Source: Macrostomum lignano
Taxonomy: Eukaryota
Length of the DNA stretch: 37,503 nucleotides
Assembly (NCBI GenBank): GCA_002269645.1
Contig: NIVC01004703.1
Location: forward strand, 1 to 37,503
Direction of reading: 5' to 3'
The translations under genes were made by a program, and so were the position numbers. Positions 11,322 through 21,830 of the stretch are shown piece after piece; the stretch's first letter is position 1, and every line of letters begins with the position of its first letter. The notes below the pieces were generated by a model. It saw only the letters and a program-made list of their open reading frames with translations, had not been told where the DNA came from and ran no database searches.

Positions 11322-12118
11322 CTGATGGAGATCGGGGAGTGGGCTCTCGTCATGATGCCGATTGCATGCAGCGAAATATTGAAACAAAACTTGTGTTTAC
11401 CCCATGTAAAGCTAGAATGAGTGTAGGTGCTTGAATTTCGGAAGGCGAAGCACCTGAATCAATGTTTGCTTTTAGATAGGGGAAGAGAGAGGTTGAGAAC
11501 AAATGCAGATGCAGAAAGAAATTGAGAAATATTTTGTCAGCCCAGCTTCCCGAACTCGGGTCTCGGGCTAATCTCGGGCCAGGGATAAATATAAATCAGA
11601 TCCCAGTAGCAGGTTGCGGCCGACCGAGCAAGCGGAAGAAGCTGGACACTGATGGAGAGCCGAGCTCTCTCTGAGAGTAGCCCGGTGTGGAAAGGGACGA
11701 ATGTACTTTCCTGACTGAGATTTATGAAAGGCAAACACGCCTGTTAATTAAATGTAACACCCCGCATGCAGCGGCCGCAGTGACAAGTTTTTTTGGGCCG
11801 CTGGCTGCGTGGGATGATGAAGAAGCTATTATCGATCTTTTGGTCTTTCTGCTGCTACTGACATAACGCATCTTCTGCTTCTGGCTGAAAGACTCGCACA
11901 GAGTTGCTCCTCTGCTGCGGCTCCTGGCTACTCTGTAGTGAACCCTTAGCTTTCAGCTCGCAACCAGAATCTGGCTAATTCCTTTAGATCGGGAGAGATC
12001 CGAGTTAAAACTGCTGGCTCAGCTGATAAATCAGTTTTTGTTTGAGCTCTCCTGCCAGCTCATTAAGGCTGCCAGGTCTGAAGGCTGAAGTGAAAGGCAC
12101 AAAGGCACGGGCTCTGAG

Positions 12119-12215
12119 GTGTGTCACTCTCGAGTTGCGTCACTCTCAATTTGTGTTACTCTCGAGTTGCGTCACTGACTCTCAAATGTGTCACACACTC
12201 AACGATGTGTCACTT
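12119..12215. repeat. Short degenerate tandem of GTCACTCTC-type units
   Basis: gtgtcactctcgagttgcgtcactctc...gtgttactctcgagttgcgtcactgactctc read directly. Confidence 0.55.
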
Positions 12216-12294
12216 TTGGAGTGTAAGCTATGCGATGCACCACCGTCTCTCGCCAGAGCCTGCACCGCGCCGTCGCCCCGGTCAAGGAACTCAC

Positions 12295-12375
12295 GGTCTC
12301 GTCGTAAAAGTACAGAAATCGCTCCATCTCGGGCGACAGCGTGAACCGGGCCTGCTTTGCGGCGCCGCCAGCCAT
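12295..12375 (-). CDS. Candidate internal alternative first coding exon of ankyrin (MAGGAAKQARFTLSPEMERFLYFYDET)
   Basis: ATG in ggccgcATGg context within a GC/CpG-rich island (~12230-12640), and donor ACC|gtgagt in phase 0, compatible with the 11321 acceptor. Confidence 0.45.
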
Positions 12376-13159
12376 GCGGCCGCTGCCTGTCACTGGGGCG
12401 TCCCCCAATCTTGCTGGAGATTATCCAGTCCGCTCTAATCCGCCGCGCAGTTCATTGATGCTACAGGCAGGCGCCGCGTCCTCCTTCCTCGCCAGTTGGA
12501 GCAGCCCCGGTCGCGGGCTGCTGAGCACGGACTCAAGGCGAGCCCGGCTAGGGACGGCGCCGTGCCTGATTGGCTGGGCGGAGCTGCGGCGAGTTGCAGA
12601 CCGGCATGGAGCCGCGAGCAGCATCCCGGAACTGCTCATCTGTCACATTCCAGCTTCACCTACGCCTCATCCAAGCAGCCGAGTTTGAGCCATGAGCATG
12701 ATGCTCTTTTCGGTGTCTGGGCAAAAATAATTGCTCTATCCAGCGAATCTCTATTGGCGAGGCGAGGCGTTCGCATAAAAATGGATTTCGGTGTTCTCAA
12801 ACTCGGGCTCCAGTTGGCGAATATTCCCAAATATTCCCAAATTAGGGAATAAAATCCCCCCGATCCCTGGGATTTCTATTAAAGCAAGATTTTTACTCAT
12901 CCTGAATTGAACCTTTGGGACGCGGGCTTTCGAAAACTTTCTTGTATGGGTTGGAATTTACGAGCATGCGTGTAGAGCTGAGTCAGGGAGAGATGCTAAT
13001 TCCTGTGCAAGCCTCCGTGTCACGAGTGGGAGCGGCTCCTCCGCGGCTCTAATTGGGGATTCGCTTGGCTGATAGAGAGAAGACGGAAGAGACAGAAGGG
13101 ATACTGACTAACACAAAATTAGTGACTTTATGAGCTAGATAAAATGAGAGAGCTCATCA

Positions 13160-13823
13160 ATGAGTTCATGAGTGAGTTCATGAGCTAATGAGTGAGTTCA
13201 TGAGTTCATGAGTGAGTTCATGAGCTAATGAGTGAGTTCATGAGTTCATGAGTGAATTCATGAGCTAATGAGTGAGTTCATGAGTTCATGAGTTCATGAG
13301 TTCATGAGTTCATGAGTGAGTTCATGAGTTCATGAGTGAGTTCATGAGCTAATGAGTGAGTTCATGAGTTCATGAGTGAGTTCATGAGTTCATGAGTGTG
13401 TTCATGAGTTCATGAGTGAGTTCATGAGCTAATGAGTGAGTTCATGAGTGAGTTCATGAGTTCATGAGTGTGTTCATGAGTTCATGAGTGAGTTCATGAG
13501 CTAATGAGTGAGTTCATGAGCCAATGAGTGAGTTCATGAGTTCATGAGTTTATGAGTTTATGAGTTCATGAGTTTATGAGTTTATGAGTTTATGAGTTTA
13601 TGAGTTCATGAGTTTATGAGTTTATGAGTTCATGAGTTCATGAGTTCATGAGTTTATGAGTTCATGAGTTCATGAGTTCATGAGTCATGAGTTCATGAGT
13701 TCATGAGTTTATGAGTTCATGAGTTTATGAGTTCATGAGTTCATGAGTTCATGAGTTCATGAGTTCATGAGTTCATGAGTTCATGAGTTCATGAGTTCAT
13801 GAGTGAGTTCATGAGCTCATGAG
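13160..13823. repeat. 8-bp satellite (ATGAGTTC) with ATGAGTTT, ATGAGCTA and 12-bp ATGAGTGAGTTC variants, intronic
   Basis: Read directly; the variants are clustered in separate parts of the array. Confidence 0.95.
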
Positions 13824-14628
13824 TGTCAGACACTGAATATTCCGGGGTCCCAAACCACCGCCGGCAAGTGAGAGCGAGAGGCGGGGCCGCACCTCAACCC
13901 TCGGTCCTCCGCCGCCTCCCTCAGCCTCTCGCACTCCAACTCGGCTCCAAAATAAGGCCAATTTTCGACTTCCGCACAGGGCCTGCCGGAGCATTGATCC
14001 GTCAATGGCCGAGGCAAAGGGGCGAGGCGGAAAAGCGGGGGGAGAAAAATCTCCCTTCCCTGCTGCACCTCGCGAATCCCAGGATAGCAATTTTCACCTC
14101 CCACGCTATCGGGTTGTGTGCTTAGGCCGGTTCTTTCTGTTGAATTTTCTCCTTCGAGCAAGCGAGAAATTTTCCTTCTTATCTTCATCCGCTGGGGAAG
14201 CACCGGTGTCCGGAGGGGGAGAAATGGAACTCAAGTGGAAATCCCTCCAGGGCTGGGGGTAGGGTTGGGAAATTTTTGCAAGCGGAGGTCTCGTTTGAGC
14301 AGTGAGAGCGGTCGGTGGTGGCCGCTCGGGCCAGAGCCGCTATCAAGCGGCCATCAACGCATGACCGGCTGTTTTGATATTATTGAATTAATTGTAGCAC
14401 GCCGGCAGGCGACACACTCAAAATTGTCGGAATTCGTCAACGTCGAAAGCGCGACCTTGAGGCGATAAAATTATTAGCGGAGCACTTTTACACGGAGCCC
14501 GCGGCCCGCTGGTCGCGAAGCAGATTTCCCAGGAGACTTCCCTGGCAGCAACAGCTGCTGAGCTGTGGCAACTGGCAGCTCCACTGCTCTCCAATGCTTC
14601 GATTAGATGCTCTATGCTAGAATCTGAT

Positions 14629-15360
14629 CTAGTCACTCCTTATCACCCTGCTCTAGTCACTCCTTATCACCCTGCTCTAGTCACTCCTTATCACCCTGCT
14701 GTATTCACTCCTTATCACCCTGCTCTAGTCACTCTTTTTCACCCTGCTCTAGTCACTCTTTATCACCAACCCTGCTCTAGACACTCTTTACACCCTGCTC
14801 TAGTCACTCTCTAGCACCCTGCTCTAGTCACTCTTTATCACGCTCTAGTCACTCTTTATCACCCTGCTCTAGTCACTCTTTATCGCCCTGCTCTAGTCAC
14901 TCTTTATCAACCTGCTCTAGTCACTCTTTATCGTCCTACTCTAGTCACTCTTTATCACCCTGCTCTAGTCACTGTTTATCAACCTGCTCTAGTCACTCTT
15001 TATCGTCCTACTCTAGTCACTCTTTATCACCCTGCTCTAGTCACTCTTTATCAACCTGCTCTAGTCACTCTTTATCGTCCTACTCTAGTCACTCTTTATC
15101 ACCCTGCTCTAGTCACTGTTTATCAACCTGCTCTAGTCACTGTTTATCAACCTGCTCTAGTCACTCTTTATCACCCTGTTCTAGTCACTCTTTATCGTCC
15201 TACTCTAGTCACTCTTTATCACCCTGCTCTAGTCACTGTTTATCAACCTGCTCTAGTCACTGTTTATCAACCTGCTCTAGTCACTCTTTATCACCCTGTT
15301 CTAGTCACTCCTTATCAACCTGCTCTAGTCACTCCTTATCACCCTGCTCTAGTCACTCCT
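14629..15360. repeat. 24-bp minisatellite (CTCTAGTCACTCTTTATCACCCTG), ~30 copies, intronic
   Basis: Read directly; ends about 70 bp from the donor of the 15430 exon. Confidence 0.95.
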
Positions 15361-15429
15361 AACTCCCTCTCTGCGCATACCGTCAGTCCCAGCCCCATTA
15401 AAAGTACAGAGTCAGTAGCAGAGGCTCAC

Positions 15430-15531
15430 CGCATTGCAGGTGTCAATCTTTGTCCCGCTGTTCAGGTGGTCCAACACCTTGGCCAAATTGCCAGCCCTGG
15501 CCACGCGCAGGAAATTCTGGTTCGGGTCGAC
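15430..15531 (-). CDS. Ank: Ankyrin exon, ANK repeat 1 (VDPNQNFLRVARAGNLAKVLDHLNSGTKIDTCNA)
   Basis: Matches the ankyrin repeat-1 pattern SFLRAARAGNL..V...L..G.DINTCN; acceptor gcgcag|GTC, donor GCG|gtgagc, 102 nt, phase 0-0. Confidence 0.95.
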
Positions 15532-16753
15532 CTGCGCAGGTAAGGTATGAGGGCAACAATCAGCTTGCTTGCAAAAGAAATCAAACAGATACACATAGCG
15601 ACACGATTCCTGATTTTCTGATGCAGTCGAAATGCAACGAAGACCTTTATAAATACGAGTATATCAATGCTGCTACAGAGAAAAGTACATTTCAGTTAAC
15701 CTTACTTTCACGCCGTGTCCAGATCCCATCGCTGGGGCAAAAATTTTATTAGCAGAATCGAAAGGCGTAAAAAAGCGAAGCAATTTCGCGTCTCCAGGAG
15801 AAATTGCGAAATCGGGATTCCGCGCAGTGATCGAAAATGAAAAAGTTTTGCAACTTCCCACCAGATAAGAGAGAGAGACAGAGACAGAGTCGAAACTAAA
15901 GCGCTATTCACAGGTATTTTGAGACATTTGTCAAGGTGAGAGAGGCGAAAGGTTGTTCTCTCTGTCCCTCTATCTCTCTGGCTCTTCTCTTCTCGGCTCT
16001 TCTGGGAATTACACTGTTAAACCCAAAACGATTTCGTCAAGGTTAATAGCCAGGAAAATGCCAAGAAGGCCATAGATCCCTTTCCCGCCAAACATCCCAG
16101 TGCCGTCCTTCCCTGACCCCGTCCGTCCTCCATCCCCAGCCTCTCTCCCTCAATTTCTCCCCCCTAAAAGCTTCGATTTTTTATCGCGCAAGCAACCCAC
16201 TGTGCACCATTCGTCTGAGCTATGCTTTCATTCTACTTTGAGTAGACGCTAAGAAATATTCGCAGCGAAATTTACGCAGCAAACCAAACCAAATTCAGTT
16301 AAGATGCTTAGTTTCTTTGCAAAATGTTTTTGAACGAGAACAACTAACAGAACTGATAGGATTCACGTGCACTGTAATTATTTATTAGATAAATATCACT
16401 ACATTATAATAATCAGCCGATAGAAAATTTTACCCAGGGCATCGGGTGTGGGCATAAAACCAAGGGCTAAAAGAACTATTGAGCTAGTGAAGTTTTATAA
16501 ACAGAATCAAACACGCAACCAATTAAAGGCTTTGATTTGGCAAGAGAGGGATGAAGGGTTGAGAGCAGCAAACAAGGCCCGATTTCAATACTTTTCCTTG
16601 TGTTTATGCTCTGAAAATTGAGTAGGTCGCGCACAAACAAATTGCCTAATACGGATGTTGAGTCCGTTCGCTCAAACGTCAAAAGGGTGGCGATTAATTC
16701 TCTCTCTTCTGCCTCCTAAGGTTTTCAACAGCTCCGCTGGGTAACAAGCTTAC

Positions 16754-16789
16754 GGCTTTCGCGTCCCTGCCAGTCTCGTCCTGGACCAT
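16754..16789 (-). CDS. Ank: Probable first coding exon of ankyrin (MVQDETGRDAKA)
   Basis: Strong start context cgcgccATGg and strong donor GCC|gtaagc in phase 0, matching the 15531 acceptor. An in-frame acceptor (ccgtcag|TTG) further upstream could make it an internal exon instead. Confidence 0.65.
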
Positions 16790-18289
16790 GGCGCGGATAC
16801 GGTTGGGGCTCGGGCAGGTGTCTTTAGTTGTTGGTGCTTTCAACTGACGGTATCGAATGGAATCTATGCGGCGCTGAGACAAGTGGCACCTTGACTGAGG
16901 CTAGCTGTCTCTGCTATATTATTGAACTCTTCCTGTTCCGAGTGTGCGCCGTCTTTTCTAAGCGTTGACGGCCTTCTCTTGTGAGTAAAACGGGAGTTAG
17001 GAGGGCTGTTGGTTGGCTTCGGCAGAGCCGCTGCTGCGCGAGGGGACTGGGATGGTGGGGATGACCGAAATGCGGTGAGGGGTTGGGTGGGTGGGGGGGG
17101 ACACGGAGAAGGAAAGACAGTCCGCCCTGTGCGCAGATCCGCGTCTCTCTTCTATTCCTAGTTTTCCCAAGCTGGGGGATCGGCGATGATCTTCCCTCCC
17201 TCGGGGGGGGGGGGCAGGCAGGGACGGGAAGAGAGAGAGTGGGGATGAGGGGACGCGCGGGACTTGGTCAGGACAAGGGGATGCGGGAATGAGGATTATC
17301 TGGTATGGGGGGAGTCGCCCTTTCCTATCCTGCACCGCCCGATCTAAAAAGAGAGAAGAGGGAGAAGAGGGTTGGGGCTGTTCTCTCAGCAGCCCAGCCT
17401 GCAGTCAGGAGCGGCCAGGCAAGGGCTGCGGAATGAGACGAAAAAATTGCCTAAAAATACTCCCCCACTCCCAGCTTCCCTGCCCCAGCGATGAAGCTGA
17501 GGGATGCTGAAGTATATGGGAGAATCGGCCATGCAGCTTAGACCCGCCCCTGAGCGCCCCCCTTTGATTTGACTTGATATGGAGGGCGCACAGGGGGGTC
17601 TCGATTCTGCCCGCCATGGAGGCTAGGGCAATGATTGAACAGAATTCTCCCAAATGATATTTATCCCTAAGTAAGCCAGCGCAGCAACTCTGTGCTGCAA
17701 TACAGTCAAAATAATAGTTCCCTAAGCAGAATACTCAGCATCCCGAGCTGCATCACCTGTGCATCAATAGTTGGTCAGTGGGGACCAAGGAGATTTTAGT
17801 TCACTACGAACCATATAAGTTATAAATCTCTGCATATAAATACTTTTACTTCCATTTTTTCTTGGTGTCTTCTTTCTATGCTTGAAGCGTACGTGGCAGC
17901 CCATAAGGAATGCAGCACAATGTGCAGCCTCACCTACATCCCATTCAAGAAGGATGGAACTCGGTGGTGGCTGAAGGCACTTCGTCACCGAGGGGTGGGT
18001 GCGTGGTGGGGGGGGGGGGTTACCGCAGGAAGACCCGAGTGCGTGCGTCATGCTGATAGCCAGATAAGTCAATGTTTGAAAGTCCGCTGGGAGCAGAGGA
18101 TGAGGGAGAGAGGCTGTTTGTACGGCGCATTCCAAAGTGGCGCATTTTTCACCGCTTAAGGCTGCGGCTAGCGTGCTGCCCTGGTTTCTTGAACTGTGCG
18201 AAAGACTTGGGTGTAGGGCTGGGGTATAGTGTAGAACCACTGATGTGTAAGTGTGTTGAGATTAGAGATTTAGATTCGGGAATGAGAAG

Positions 18290-18828
18290 TGAGATTCAGG
18301 TGTGATAATGCTGTGAGCACAGAGATTCCGGTGTGAGAATGGTGTAGCATAGAGATTCCGGTGTGAGAATGGTGTAGCATAGAGATTCCGGTGTGAGAAT
18401 GGTGTAGCATAGAGATTCCGGTGTGAGAATGGTGTAGCATAGAGATTCCGGTGTGAGAATGGTGAGAGTATAGAGATTCCGGTGTGAGAATGGTGTAGCA
18501 TAGAGATTCCGGTGTGAGAATGGTGTGAGCATAGAGATTCCGGCGTGAGAATGGTGTGAAAACAGAGATTCCGGTGTGAGAATGGTGAGAGTATAGAGAT
18601 TCCGGTGTGAGAATGGTGTAGCATAGAGATTCCGGTGTGAGAATGGTGTGAGCATAGAGATTCCGGTGTGAGAATGGTGTGAAAACAGAGATTCCGGTGT
18701 GAGAATGGTGAGAGTATAGAGATTCCGGTGTGAGAATGGTGTAGCATAGAGATTCCGGTGTGAGAATGGTGTGAGCATAGAGATTCCGGCGTGAGAATGG
18801 TGTGAGCACAGAGATTCCGGTGTGAGAA
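18290..18828. repeat. 30/31-bp minisatellite (AGAGATTCCGGTGTGAGAATGGTGTAGCAT and variants), ~17 copies
   Basis: Read directly; part of it forms a 123-bp four-unit higher-order repeat. Confidence 0.95.
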
Positions 18829-18982
18829 ATTTCAGTTCAAACTAGAAAAATGACTTTGTTGCAACTGTTTGTTATGTACTGTTTGGTTCAGCGAACCGAT
18901 GTCACTTTGATATATGTAACGCATCGGCAGTAGCCATGGTTCTTAAGCCTTCGGCACTGGCACAACTCCATACGGATCTTAC

Positions 18983-18997
18983 CGCTGCAGAAGACAT
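18983..18997 (-). CDS. Weak candidate upstream first coding exon of ankyrin (MSSAA)
   Basis: ggaagaATG TCT TCT GCA GCG|gtaaga: a good donor in phase 0, compatible with the 15531 acceptor. Very short, so it could be chance. Confidence 0.3.
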
Positions 18998-20076
18998 TCT
19001 TCCAGGTCGTTCCGTGGCCAAGTCGGTCTTAGCTTTCCCCGCGTCGATTTTGTTGATGGGCTAAACTCGCTGGGATGGAATTGATGTGATAGATTGGTCC
19101 AGAAAGCGCCGAGAGGGAAGATAAGAGTCAGTGGGAGTGGGGTGGGTGGTGCGCCGGAGTTTTCGACAGCCTCAGAGTCGGACTATTTGATTTAATTATC
19201 AGGAGGGACGATCGGGGTCTCAGTGGCTAGTTCTCGCCGATTCTGAAGAACCGTTCTCTCTCTCTCTCTGTTTATAGCCAGCTAAGCTCGACTCTCTCTA
19301 TAAAACTGAATCGCAGGTGGGTCGAGGAAGCAACAGGAAGAGAGGGGTGGCACCGAGCCCGGCTCTGCAGGTCCGCGCAAGTGCGCAGTCAGTCTCTTGG
19401 TATTATATGCGAGAGCGGCCTGCGGTGAGGGAGGAACCCGCTCTCTTTCCCTCTCTCTCCCAGTCTGGCTCAGTGGAAGGAGGAACTGGGAGGGCAGTCA
19501 GACAGAATTAGGCTACGGGGGGGTCTATATAATACAGTAGGTACACTTCGCACCAGCGAACATACTACCGTTTGGTGGGGGGATATTACACACACACGCA
19601 CAGACGCACACACACGCACAGAGAAACGCACAAGGCGCCGACCAACCAACCCAGGTCGTACGTCTATAGTGAAACTCCTAGCTCTCTCTCTCTCTCTCAG
19701 TCAATTCCCATTGACTCAGTTCAAGGGAGAGAGTAAGTTGGGAGAGAGAGCCTATGACTCATGCAGTTCTTGGCTATCTTTGCCTCGTGTATAATGCCAG
19801 GTCTGCCTCCCTCCGGGTGGGACCTTGACCCGCTGCCTCCCGAATCTCCACATCTAGGGTTTGATGCCGCTGTCCCGCTGGCCACTTCTTATATCTGGAG
19901 AAATTCTGCTCGGGCGGCAGCTGCGGGCCTCAAGCTGCGATATAGGGATTTTTTCCCACAGGATCAATAACAAGGGAGAGAATTTGGGAGGGGGGCTGCT
20001 AAGGCCCACTAAACAACCTGTCTCCAGCATGTTGAAGATTTGAAGACAACAGGTTAAACAACTGCTCTTAGTGGGT

Positions 20077-20189
20077 GGTCATGTCAATGACCAGTTGTAG
20101 TAGAGAGGCGGTCATGCTAATGACCATTTGGAGTAGAGGCGGTCATGCTAATGACCAGTTGTAGTAGAGAGGCGGTCATGCCAATGACC
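20077..20189. repeat. Four tandem 31-33-bp units, each with the palindrome GGTCAT-N4-ATGACC
   Basis: Palindromes start at 20077, 20110, 20141 and 20174. Confidence 0.9.
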
Positions 20190-20462
20190 AAGTTTAACAC
20201 AAGCAATCCTTCACGTGACCCGTCTTGACCAAAGAAGAAAAATCACCCATTTTTTTACCCATTTGAGGTTGCAAATCTATGAAATTTTATGCTTGATTAA
20301 TGCGCAGATTTTCAATGGGAGGGCAACTGCTACAAGTCCTTCAGACTCTTTATGAAAAAGTCTGCACAAACATGAAGTTTGGTTCCGAACTAAGAAAGAC
20401 TTGAGAACACACGACGCTATTCGTGAACTTCGTTTATATTAGAAGTCCGAGCTTCGTGAATC

Positions 20463-20737
20463 CAAGGACCCCTGTAGTATAACAGGGCGCAAAACTCAAA
20501 GATCGTGTCGTTTTTGGAGGCCTATTTCAGGGGAAAAAATACACTGCGGAGATAGGGAGAAATCTTTTTTAGACAAACAAAACACAAATGTGCTCCAATG
20601 CCACTTGTGAGTATTTACAACTTTGGCCTCATAAAATAAAAATAAGATCTCCGCGGTGTATTCTTTCCAGCAAATCGGCCTCCAAAAATTTCACGATCTT
20701 TGAGTTTAACAACGTCCTGTTACTACAGTGGTCCTTG
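20463..20737. mobile_element. MITE-like element with ~90-bp imperfect inverted arms
   Basis: The arm 20463-20553 (CAAGGACCCCTGTAGTA...AAACTCAAAGATCGTG...TTTTTGGAGGCC...AATACACTGCGGAGAT) pairs with the reverse complement of 20647-20737. No clear target duplication. Confidence 0.75.
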
Positions 20738-21170
20738 AGTAAAGCGCAATCACACTCGCCAAATTTAAAGAAAGCGTTTTGAAGAAAGTGCAGATTTAGT
20801 TGCCAAGCTGAAAGGGATCAGACCATTGCCTGAGGGGATTTTGTCCTCTAGGGGACGGGGTCTGTCGGATGTTGGCTTATCTGGTCTGTTGGCCTCTGCA
20901 AAAGTGCAGGAGATTTTCAGGCCCAAGGGAAGCGAGAACCAGGAAAACCAACGACTGCATAGCAACAGTTGGAACAGAAATAATATTTGAAGTAATATTT
21001 TTAGTTTTTACAGATACAGCGGCTTTGAGGCTTACATGGCGCTAACTTTTCTATCGAATAGAATTGCTTTTTCACTTCAGCAATGGCGATCTCGAAACTT
21101 GGTCTTGGGGAAATGATATTCCGCTGAAAAATGCTGTACCTGTTTTGCTTCTAAAGACAACGGGTGGAGA

Positions 21171-21830
21171 CACGCTTACGGACATTTCCCCTCCGGCGTT
21201 TCCCCTCCGGACATTTCCCCTCCGGCGTTTCCCCTCCGGATATTTCACCTCCGGCGTTTCCCCTCCGGACATTTCCCCTCCGGCGTTTCCCCTCCGGACA
21301 TTTCCCCTCCGGCGTTTCCCCTCCGGACATTTCCCCTCCGGACATTTCCCCTTCATCTATAACGAAATAACAGTGCCTTCGGACATGTCCAAAGAGAACA
21401 TAAGTTGCATGTATATATATAAATGTATATAAGTGTATATATAAATGTAATAATATAGTAACATTATAATATTATAGTATAAAAATAATAACATACAAAA
21501 TAATATAATAATATAATAATAATAATAATATATAAAAAATTTATATATTAATAATAAAGATAATAATAATATATTATATTATAATTTTATTATAATAAAA
21601 CCTATAATAAAACATAATAAAACCTTCTACTCTCACTTTTTACTTACATAATTTTTAAAATAAAAGCGATCTATAACAGCATAACAACATGGATGTGACG
21701 TACATGCGTGCAAAACTTCTTTTTGGCATGTTCTAAAGCTCTGTTATTTCGTTATAGCTGCATGGGAAATGTCCGGATTGGAAATGTCCGGAGGGGAAAC
21801 GCCGCCGAGGGGAAATGTCCGGTAGCCGTG
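21171..21830. mobile_element. Non-autonomous DNA transposon with CACG...CGTG ends, GAGA target duplication, sub-repeated TIRs and an AT-rich core (CMC/Chapaev-like)
   Basis: Left end CACGCTTACGGACATTTCCCCTCC; right end in reverse complement CACGGCTACCGGACATTTCCCCTC; GAGA at 21167-21170 and 21831-21834; nearly pure A/T core at ~21405-21670. Confidence 0.8.

Larger units (their letters stand above)
2807..16789 (-). other. Ank: Ankyrin gene (canonical membrane-adaptor ankyrin, ANK1/2/3 / unc-44 family), partial; continues left of the window
   Basis: Joining exons 16789-16754, 15531-15430, 11321-10746, 9931-9086, 9009-8263, 6677-6494, 5509-5324, 3267-3200 and 2943-2807 (optionally plus 4832-4404 and 4012-3857) keeps one frame with GT-AG introns. 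The product has 24 consecutive ANK repeats starting NFLRVARAGNL / [14 protein letters not shown], then a linker ending PVVSG, which in ankyrins precedes the ZU5 motif FLVSF. Confidence 0.95.

Noticed and set aside
12421-12639. 72-aa minus-strand ORF in the GC island
   Set aside because: It ends in a stop before the candidate exon and has no matching splice donor or known motif; more likely promoter or 5' UTR sequence.
13809-14636. Cluster of overlapping 70-125-aa ORFs in GC-rich intronic sequence
   Set aside because: They overlap on both strands with no domain signature and no convincing in-phase splice pair.
18262-18809. Three His-rich minus-strand ORFs
   Set aside because: All three frames of the 30/31-bp array are open; this is a repeat artefact. 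The same applies to the ORFs at 830-1384, 21064-21432 and 27217-27606.
20077-20189. CRISPR-like look (palindromic repeat plus spacer); also the arrays at 26796-26897 and 18290-18828
   Set aside because: The spacers are copies of each other, no cas genes are present, and the context is an intron-containing eukaryotic genome.
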